From: Oligoflexus sp.
GTDB taxonomy: Bacteria; Bdellovibrionota_B; Oligoflexia; Oligoflexales; Oligoflexaceae
Direction of reading: 5' to 3'
Length of the DNA: 11,322 bases
NCBI GenBank assembly: GCA_041736305.1
Contig: JBGSTX010000117.1
Location: 1-11,322 of the forward strand
Part shown: one piece after another, positions 1-5,864 of the stretch
Layout: each line of letters begins with the position of its first letter
Numbering within the stretch: the first letter of the stretch is position 1
Translations under genes and position numbers: made by a program
Notes under the pieces: generated by a model
The model's database searches: none
The model's input: only the letters and a program-made list of their open reading frames with translations
Told to the model about the DNA's origin: nothing

Positions 1-455
1 ATATCACGATTGCTAATGAAGACCACCTGATTGGCCAGAGTCAATACCAAAAAGTCGTCGTAATGCAGGGCAGCATTATGTTTGGACCGAATGTTAATCT
101 CACAAACAGTTCCATTGGGCAGATCGAGAGTTCCTGCGGATATCTCATGCGCCTGGTGAAAAGCGTCGCGACGGTCAAGATTGCCGCCGGTATTCCATGA
201 GCAGTTTTTGCGTTCGAGGTAAGACTGGGTCTGGGTGAGACTTTGCATAGACGTTTCAGCTCCACCGCGACACTTTTCTAGGTAAGCAGTGACATCTGCC
301 TTGCTGGGGATATCGATAAGGCCATCCTCATTGCTGTCGAGTGCGTCGCTAGATTCGAGCCGGGCAGGTGCCAGAGACGAGGCAGTATTCTCACTGAACA
401 TACCCTCAGAACATTGAGTCAAAAACATCGCTAATACTGTAATCAAAGCTCGCAT
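1..455 (-). CDS. Hypothetical exported protein, probable lipoprotein (3' end runs off the window; absent from the ORF track)
   Basis: Manual translation from ATG 455..453 is open to the window edge: MRALITVLAMFLTQCSEGMFSENTASSLAPARLESSDALDSNEDGLIDIPSKADVTAYLEKCRGGAETSMQSLTQTQSYLERKNCSWNTGGNLDRRDAFHQAHEISAGTLDLPNGTVCEINIRSKHNAALHYDDFLVLTLANQVVFISNRD. RBS-like GAGGTG just upstream. Basic then hydrophobic N-terminus ending in LTQC (Cys15; Q at -1 is atypical for a lipobox). Confidence 0.85.
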   Translation of the reverse strand, partial: MRALITVLAMFLTQCSEGMFSENTASSLAPARLESSDALDSNEDGLIDIPSKADVTAYLEKCRGGAETSMQSLTQTQSYLERKNCSWNTGGNLDRRDAFHQAHEISAGTLDLPNGTVCEINIRSKHNAALHYDDFLVLTLANQVVFISNRD

Positions 456-486
456 CAAACACCTCGCCCTTGCGCATGATAAGTGC

Positions 487-513
487 TTTTCGGTATCTGC
501 GATGCTAATTTTA
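487..513 (-). promoter_or_regulatory. Putative sigma-28 (FliA)-type promoter for the 455..<1 gene
   Basis: Minus strand reads TAAA-N15-ACCGAAAA versus consensus TAAA-N15-GCCGATAA. The -10 box ends 31 nt before the ATG. Confidence 0.5.
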
Positions 514-556
514 AAGAATAGCGAAAAGAGTTGGAGTTTCTGGTGTTTAGGGAGGA

Positions 557-594
557 TAAAAAAGCAAGAGTCCGGCAGCTAGGCTCCCGAACTC
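557..594 (-). terminator. Probable intrinsic terminator of the 882..601 gene
   Basis: Minus strand GAGTTCGG...CCGGACTC stem (one G-U pair) with an inner AGC/GCT pairing, followed by TTGCTTTTTT, starting a few nt after the TAA stop. Confidence 0.65.
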
Positions 595-600
595 AGCTAG

Positions 601-882
601 TTAGAACTGCAGCTTTTCGCAGTCGACATTGCAGCTGTCGACGAAGCGAAGGCAAGTCGAAAGCGCCTTGTCTTCTGCAGCGTCGCGATCTGCATTTACA
701 CCGAAGTAGAAGAGGCCACTGCTGCTGTCGTCAGAAGCACGGCAGCTCCAAGTGTAGTGATTGCCGCCGCCTGGACTTAGACCCCTACCTCCACTCTGTG
801 AAAAGGCAGAGCTCGCCAGCAGAAGTGACGCAAAGCTCAAAAGTCCGGCTTTCAATAGCAGTTTACTTGAAACGATTTTCAT
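601..882 (-). CDS. Small secreted Cys-rich protein, DUF4189-like
   Basis: 93 aa. Sec signal peptide ending in SAFS-Q, Gly-rich linker, then YTWSC...DRDAAEDKALSTC...SCNVDC (4 Cys; the A-x3-A-L-x2-C-x6-C pattern recalls DUF4189). RBS GGGAG upstream and a terminator downstream. Confidence 0.8.
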   Translation of the reverse strand: MKIVSSKLLLKAGLLSFASLLLASSAFSQSGGRGLSPGGGNHYTWSCRASDDSSSGLFYFGVNADRDAAEDKALSTCLRFVDSCNVDCEKLQF

Positions 883-930
883 AGAAGGTCTCCCTATGTG
901 TTAAAAACCTGGGGAAACTTAGCTCCAGAA

Positions 931-959
931 AATAAAAAAAGCTAGGCTGAATGCCTAGC
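931..959 (-). terminator. Intrinsic terminator downstream of the 2025..985 locus
   Basis: Perfect 7-bp stem GCTAGGC/GCCTAGC (941-947, 953-959) with a 5-nt loop, followed on the minus strand by a run of 7 T. Confidence 0.85.
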
Positions 960-984
960 GTGCCAGTGCTTTGCAGTTTTCAAC

Positions 985-1548
985 TTATCTCAGAGCGGTG
1001 CCGACAAAAGCTGTCCTTCTGGCAATTATCTCTGAAATTGTTCCCGCCTGTATTTCCAAAGACACGTCGCCAATCACAATATTATCGTAGGTGCCTTGCG
1101 CATTTGACGTCGCTCTCAGCAGAAAGCGATAGGTCCCTTTAGACAGGATCACCGGCAGCATCCCAGGATTGAGCTCAGTGGGCGTCAGAGCAAGGGTTTG
1201 CATTATCGTAGTGCGGCCTCGATCTTCCGAATGTTCCAGTTCGAAGCTGTTGCGCGACGGCCCATTAGCCACTCCACAAACGTTCAGCAAGGACGCGGAG
1301 AGGGTCGCCGTATCGGAAAGTACGGTAAACTCCCACTCATATCTGGTTCCTAGGTTCATGGACTTGTCGCGTTCGACTGCAGCACAGCCCGGCTCGCTCC
1401 CCCCAAATGCCTGAGACGCTCCAAGTAAGCCGACGAGATTTCCTGTCAGGGAAAGAACCTCGAGTCCCCTCAGGTCTGATCCAGCAGAGAAAATCACATC
1501 AGGAACGTTGATGTCCATGGCGCTTACGTAGAGATTTGGACCGACCAA
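985..1548 (-). CDS. C-terminal part of the same lipoprotein, predicted beta-sandwich (jelly-roll/CBM-like) domain
   Basis: 187-aa ORF with TTG start, no signal peptide and no clear RBS. Beta-strand patterns YEWEFTV, GTYRFLLRA, DNIVIGDVSLEI and a Cys pair. Fold call is inference. Confidence 0.55.
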   Translation of the reverse strand: MVGPNLYVSAMDINVPDVIFSAGSDLRGLEVLSLTGNLVGLLGASQAFGGSEPGCAAVERDKSMNLGTRYEWEFTVLSDTATLSASLLNVCGVANGPSRNSFELEHSEDRGRTTIMQTLALTPTELNPGMLPVILSKGTYRFLLRATSNAQGTYDNIVIGDVSLEIQAGTISEIIARRTAFVGTALR

Positions 1549-1593
1549 ACCCTGACGTGAAAAGTTAAACGAGTAAGTCCACTTGCCGTTAGC

Positions 1594-2025
1594 CTAAAGC
1601 ACCACAGGCAACTTTTCGCGCGGTAAGATCGGAACTGAATCCAGCTTATTAGGGCCCTGTGCAAAGGAGAAGACGAGAAAGTCAGCTTCGCCTATCGCCC
1701 TTTCCTTGGGATCGAATTCGCAATCAACCTGAGCCGCGTCTTTAGACAGCTTATCCATCATTGTTTTACAATTGAGATAGGCACCACCAACAGGAGGTGG
1801 CTCGATAGCAACGTCCTTACCTTTAGGCGGTAGGGTGGGGTTTTGCTCAGACATTGGTCCACTATGAGTTACTTCAATATTCTGATCTCTAGTTAGAGAA
1901 TTCGCTCCACCGCTCTCACCTTCGATCAGCCTTGAAGCAGGCGCGAGACCACAGGAAGTCAACGCCGCTCCCATGTGAATGAAGCCGAGTAAATGAAGAC
2001 TAAGAATATGAACTCTCATTTGCAT
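1594..2025 (-). CDS. N-terminal part of hypothetical lipoprotein (143 aa if TAG is read as stop)
   Basis: ATG with AAAGGA RBS, signal peptide with LTSC lipobox, Pro/Ser/Gly-rich linker, Cys pair (NCK...DCE). Confidence 0.7.
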   Translation of the reverse strand: MQMRVHILSLHLLGFIHMGAALTSCGLAPASRLIEGESGGANSLTRDQNIEVTHSGPMSEQNPTLPPKGKDVAIEPPPVGGAYLNCKTMMDKLSKDAAQVDCEFDPKERAIGEADFLVFSFAQGPNKLDSVPILPREKLPVVL

Positions 2026-2060
2026 GTTAAGTTCCTTTTGTTTTCCTGAGCGTTAAAATC

Positions 2061-2088
2061 TTATCGGTAGCTATTAGACAAAAGCTAA
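2061..2088 (-). promoter_or_regulatory. Putative sigma-28 (FliA)-type promoter for the 2025 lipoprotein gene
   Basis: -10 ACCGATAA (7/8 to GCCGATAA) ends 35 nt before the ATG. The -35 is weaker (TTAG at 16 nt spacing, or TAGC at 15). Confidence 0.45.
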
Positions 2089-2317
2089 GTAGTTGTGAAT
2101 TGCATAGATAAGATGGTGAGTTAGGCTTCAATAATTCCTGACGCCAGCGAAGGTCGTAGAAATTTCTAGATTTCGGGCTATTGAGGGGCGACTTTTCCTG
2201 ATTGTAAGTATGGATTCTATTGAGCAAATATTTAACAATAAAATCTACTCCTGTTCCGGCCTGCGCCATCTAAACAGTATCTGCGAGCAAAACAGCCTAG
2301 TGATCCTAAAATACCCA

Positions 2318-2344
2318 TTAAGATTCGCACCAAAAGTTCGATAC
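2318..2344 (+). promoter_or_regulatory. Possible sigma-28-like promoter for the SBP-kinase operon
   Basis: TTAAG-N14-TTCGATAC. The -10 overlaps the perfect palindrome GATACTAGTATC (2340-2351). Confidence 0.25.
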
Positions 2345-2423
2345 TAGTATCCTGAGTTGTGAGTCCGGTGCTAGGGCTCATGCTATAGAACTAGCAGGCT
2401 AAAAATTGGCTGGAGGAAGAGAA

Positions 2424-3392
2424 GTGAATAAGCGGCTTCAGCTGGTTCTAGGCGGGTTTCTGGCCGTCATTATAGGCGCGTGGCTGGCTTTCAGACCTGA
2501 GCCAAGGCCAAACCTACGTATAGCAATCAACAACTGGCCCGGCTATGAGTTTCTCTACCTTGCCCACGTCAAAGGCTTCTTTCATAATAACGGACTGGAT
2601 ACCAAGATTCTGGAGTACTCATCGCTGAATGATCTCCGCAGAGCCTTTGAAAGAGGGCAAGTTGATATTATGGCTTCGACTATGATTGAGCAGATTGTCA
2701 GCCGCGACAAATCACAACGCCGCGCCCAAGCCCTCATCGTAAGTGACTATTCTGACGGCTCTGATGTCGTCATAGCTTTGAAGGGTATTTCTTCAGTAAA
2801 AGAGTTGAAAGGCAAAAGAGTCGGTTTCGAGGCCGGGACAGTCGGGATAGTTCTGCTAAAACTCGCCCTGGAAAGAGAAGGAATGAGCATAAGCGATGTA
2901 TCGACGATCAACGTCCCACAGGATGATGCGATTTTGGAAGAGCTGCGATCCGGATCGCTTGACGCAGTTGTGAGCTACCCTTCCGTATCTTTCAAAATTT
3001 TAAAAGGGGTGCCATCTCAGGTCATATTCAGCAGCAAAGATATCCCTGCTGCAATTCTAGACATAATTTCAGCCGACGAGAGTTTTATCCGCGAGAATCC
3101 GCAAGCGATAGAGTCATTCCGTAAAGCATATTTTCAAGCGCTTGACTACGCGAAAGAGAATCAAGAAGAATCCTACAAAATCATGGCGGCACGCGAAAAT
3201 ATCAGCCTAGCCGAATTTCGACAAAGCTTAGAATCAGGCATCGTGTTACTCGGCAAGGACCGTCAGTCGGAGTTCCTCCGCAAAGGAGGCATTATTGAAA
3301 GAGTGGCCCCTGCAATCGTGTCGGCTTTAGCCGCTACGAACGCTGTACAAAGCAACGTCGATATTAGCAATTTAAGCAACTCAGATGAATGA
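2424..3392 (+). CDS. NitT/TauT (SsuA/THI5/NMT1-like) ABC-type substrate-binding protein with N-terminal membrane anchor
   Basis: Motifs LRIAINNWPGYEFLYLAHVKGFF, DYSDGSDVVIA, ISSVKELKGKRVG, GSLDAVVSYP typical of COG0715 PBP2 proteins. Start placed at GTG 2424 (GGAGG at 2412-2416, 7-nt spacer) instead of TTG 2406, giving MNKRLQLVLGGFLAVIIGAWLAF. Confidence 0.9.
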   Translation: MNKRLQLVLGGFLAVIIGAWLAFRPEPRPNLRIAINNWPGYEFLYLAHVKGFFHNNGLDTKILEYSSLNDLRRAFERGQVDIMASTMIEQIVSRDKSQRRAQALIVSDYSDGSDVVIALKGISSVKELKGKRVGFEAGTVGIVLLKLALEREGMSISDVSTINVPQDDAILEELRSGSLDAVVSYPSVSFKILKGVPSQVIFSSKDIPAAILDIISADESFIRENPQAIESFRKAYFQALDYAKENQEESYKIMAARENISLAEFRQSLESGIVLLGKDRQSEFLRKGGIIERVAPAIVSALAATNAVQSNVDISNLSNSDE

Positions 3393-3422
3393 GCCAGGCT
3401 CTTTAGTTTTTGTGGAACGAGC

Positions 3423-5288
3423 ATGCTAAGACTTTTAAATTTCAACTCGCGTTCGCGGCTTAGGTATCAGCTCGTTTCGCCGATCTTGGGCTTGAGCCTC
3501 TGCGTTTGGCTGCTGCTCGCGATATATGAATGGTTCGCGCTAAGGAACTCTCTGATGGAGAGCCTTTTTGAGAGAGCCAGGTTACTTGCCCATGCTATGG
3601 CTTTCCCATCCGAGAATGTCACTGACATAGGGAGCGTCCAGAGAATCGTGAGCTCGATGTCAGCCGAGCAAGACGTTCTTCAGGCCGTGATATTCGATCT
3701 CTCGACGCGTAAGATCCTCGCCTCCTCACAGCAGAGCATCTTGGGAGCAACTGTGGAAGAGGCCGGCTTGACTGAGATGGTCCAGCTGCTCTTAGGTGCT
3801 GAGGGGCGCCTCGACCGTGAAAGGCAGCATCTCAAAGCCGACCGTGAGCTATGGGGCCTAGCTCCTGTCAGACTCTCGCTCCGGACTGTCAATCAGCGAT
3901 CTCCGCAGGAAGCAGCCCTTTTACTGCGGATCGATGCCAAGCCTAGCATCGTGGCTGCACATCGAAGCGCTGTGCAGAGATCTTTGACCTTGCTCTTAGT
4001 CATTGTCGCTATTACTGCGACGGTACTCTATCTCCTAAAGCGCATCGTGGTGCTCCCTATCGAGGACATAGCCTACTATCTCAAGTACAAAGCCCGGGAT
4101 CACGGCAGCACCTCGGCGCCAATTCGATCGTTTGACGAAATAGGTGATCTCGCTGAATCCTTCAATGCGCTTCTGAATGATGTGCGTAGCAGTACCCAAA
4201 AGCTGAAAGAACAGCAAGCAGAGCTAGAGCAGACGATGCGCGCCATCAGCGAAGCTGCTATCGTGGCCGTTATGGATAAAAAAGGCAGGTGCATAAGCGC
4301 CAATGAAAATCTGTGTGAGATTTCGGGTTACCAGGCGCAGGAATTAATGGGCAGAAGCTTGCTCGAAATCAGTTCGACTCACCGTAGGGAAGAGTTTTTT
4401 GAAGAGATGTGGCAAAGCATATTAGCCGGACAAATCTGGAAAGGTGAAATCCAATACAAGGCTAAGAATGGCTCGTATTACTGGACGCAGACGGTAATCG
4501 CACCGATTAGAGACCTCGAGGGAGAAGTCCAGAGGCTCATCTCCCTTCAATTTGATTTGACGATGCAGAAAGCCACTCAAGAGAAACTGGTGCATTCGGC
4601 AAAGATGTCTTCCCTCGGCGAGATGGCGGGAGGGATAGCTCATGAAATCAATAATCCGCTAGCTATTATCTGTGGCAAAGTCACGCAGATGAAGAAGGGA
4701 TTCGAAGCTGGGCGCTTCGAGCCTAGAAAGTTTTTCGAAGACCTCAGCAAACTGGAGTCGACGGCTCAGAGGATAGCCAAGATTATTCGGGGGCTTCGCT
4801 CGTTTTCGAGGGACTCTGGTCACGATCCCATGGTCGCGAGTCCTTTTTCCCGCATACTTGAAGACACGCTCGAGCTCTGCAGCGAACGCTTCAAGCACCA
4901 TGGCATCGAACTCAGGATTAACTGCAAAGAAGATTTGATTTTGCCTTGCCGGCCCTCACAGATCTCTCAGATTCTGATGAATCTTCTCAGCAACAGCTTT
5001 GATGCCGTCGAAAATTTGCCCGAAAAATGGGTTGAGCTCAACGCCATGCGCTCAGCGAATATGATTAAAATCGTGGTTGAGGACAGCGGGTCCGGCATCG
5101 ATTCGGACACGCTTCGCCGGATGATGCAGCCCTTTTTCACAACGAAGCAGCTGGGCAAAGGTACAGGACTCGGACTCAGCATCTCGAAGGGTATCGCGGA
5201 AGAGCATCAAGGAGAGCTCTTCGTAGATGTGACGAGAGCCCACACCTGTTTTATTCTCAAGCTTCCCTTGCTCAAAGAATCAGCATAG
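3423..5288 (+). CDS. Membrane sensor histidine kinase: TM-extracytoplasmic domain-TM-HAMP-PAS/PAC-HisKA-HATPase (NtrB-like core)
   Basis: Two hydrophobic helices; HAMP (DEIGDLAESFNALL); PAS (ANENLCEISGY...EMWQSI...WKGEI...KNGSYYW); H box IAHEINNP (His codon 4641-4643); N box NLLSNSFDA; G1 DSGSGI; F box PFFTTK; G2 GKGTGLGLSIS. Confidence 0.95.
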   Translation: MLRLLNFNSRSRLRYQLVSPILGLSLCVWLLLAIYEWFALRNSLMESLFERARLLAHAMAFPSENVTDIGSVQRIVSSMSAEQDVLQAVIFDLSTRKILASSQQSILGATVEEAGLTEMVQLLLGAEGRLDRERQHLKADRELWGLAPVRLSLRTVNQRSPQEAALLLRIDAKPSIVAAHRSAVQRSLTLLLVIVAITATVLYLLKRIVVLPIEDIAYYLKYKARDHGSTSAPIRSFDEIGDLAESFNALLNDVRSSTQKLKEQQAELEQTMRAISEAAIVAVMDKKGRCISANENLCEISGYQAQELMGRSLLEISSTHRREEFFEEMWQSILAGQIWKGEIQYKAKNGSYYWTQTVIAPIRDLEGEVQRLISLQFDLTMQKATQEKLVHSAKMSSLGEMAGGIAHEINNPLAIICGKVTQMKKGFEAGRFEPRKFFEDLSKLESTAQRIAKIIRGLRSFSRDSGHDPMVASPFSRILEDTLELCSERFKHHGIELRINCKEDLILPCRPSQISQILMNLLSNSFDAVENLPEKWVELNAMRSANMIKIVVEDSGSGIDSDTLRRMMQPFFTTKQLGKGTGLGLSISKGIAEEHQGELFVDVTRAHTCFILKLPLLKESA

Positions 5289-5295
5289 GCTGCGT

Positions 5296-5787
5296 TCAGT
5301 ACGCTTCTTGCAGTTCCAATCCCGAAGCGATTTCCTTTGTCTCAAACACCGGACGACCTTCGAGGCGATTGTAATATTCGGTCTGTAGCGAGGCTCGATA
5401 GCTCCCTTGCTCGTCGCGCGTGAGGGTTAGGGCTTTCAGAGCGCCATCGACAGGCCGGTCGTCCCGCGAGCAGCTGAGAGTAATCAGCCTTGCCCTGTCT
5501 TTAGCTGCGAAGCAAGCCAGGCCTTGAGCGAGATCCTCGGTGCTTTCGCTGATCGGGCTACCGAAGCCAGATGTGAGAACGCGCAGAACTGCGTCGTATG
5601 TGCCAGCACTCGTGCGAGAGATCCGCAACTCGGTGAGCTTACCATCAGCTGGACGTAGATCGGCTTTAAAGCTAAGCCCTTGGCCAATATCATGCAAAGG
5701 TAGCGCAGAAGAACTCTCGCTCTCCCGCACCCCAGAGCAAGCGAAGATGGTACTTCCAAGTAGCGAAATCAAAAGAATATTTTTCAC
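5296..5787 (-). CDS. Hypothetical lipoprotein with an internal two-fold repeat
   Basis: 163 aa, GTG start. Signal peptide MKNILLISLLGSTIFAC (lipobox IFAC, Cys17), Ser-rich tether, two copies of D-x-R-P-x-D-G-x-L...G-x-Y-x-A-x-L...A-x-G-L. Confidence 0.85.
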   Translation of the reverse strand: MKNILLISLLGSTIFACSGVRESESSSALPLHDIGQGLSFKADLRPADGKLTELRISRTSAGTYDAVLRVLTSGFGSPISESTEDLAQGLACFAAKDRARLITLSCSRDDRPVDGALKALTLTRDEQGSYRASLQTEYYNRLEGRPVFETKEIASGLELQEAY

Positions 5788-5864
5788 ACTGACCCCATCG
5801 ATCGAAGTTTATCCCTAGCATATGCAGGGGCTGGCGAAGGCTTTACTCCTTTGTCACTCGATGG

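Larger units (their letters stand above)
985..2025 (-). pseudogene. Lipoprotein gene (346 codons) interrupted by one in-frame TAG at 1596..1594: nonsense pseudogene, sequencing error or readthrough
   Basis: ORFs 2025..1594 and 1548..985 share a frame and are joined by 15 sense codons (LPVVL-TAG-ANGKWTYSFNFSRQG-LVGPNL). RBS AAAGGA and lipobox LTSC (Cys25) occur only at the upstream ATG. Confidence 0.7.

Noticed and set aside
41..265. 74-aa minus-strand ORF from the track
   Set aside because: Out-of-frame overlap with the better-supported 455..<1 gene, which has an RBS and signal peptide.
622..642. Inverted repeat GTCGACA...TGTCGAC
   Set aside because: Inside the coding region and explained by two Val-Asp codon pairs.
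950..966. Sigma-54-like TGGCACG on the minus strand
   Set aside because: GG to GC spacing is 8 rather than 10 nt, and it overlaps the terminator.
531..1414. Plus-strand ORFs 531..884, 951..1142 and 1169..1414
   Set aside because: Antisense shadows of supported minus-strand genes and terminators; no recognisable protein features.
2027..2269. 80-aa minus-strand ORF
   Set aside because: No clear RBS or protein features; spans an AT-rich divergent promoter region including a promoter candidate.
2280..2423. TPP or other known riboswitch upstream of the THI5/NMT1-like SBP
   Set aside because: The TPP core motifs (CTGAGA, then ACCTGAT...AGCGTAGGGA) are not present; an Rfam scan would be decisive.
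2406..2423. TTG start at 2406 for the SBP
   Set aside because: This segment contains the GGAGG RBS for GTG 2424, which gives a cleaner basic-hydrophobic N-terminus.
3263..5243. Short minus-strand ORFs within the SBP and kinase genes
   Set aside because: Antisense shadows of clearly conserved genes.
5281..5298. Terminator between the convergent kinase and lipoprotein genes
   Set aside because: Only 7 nt between the stops, a 4-bp stem and no U tract on either strand.
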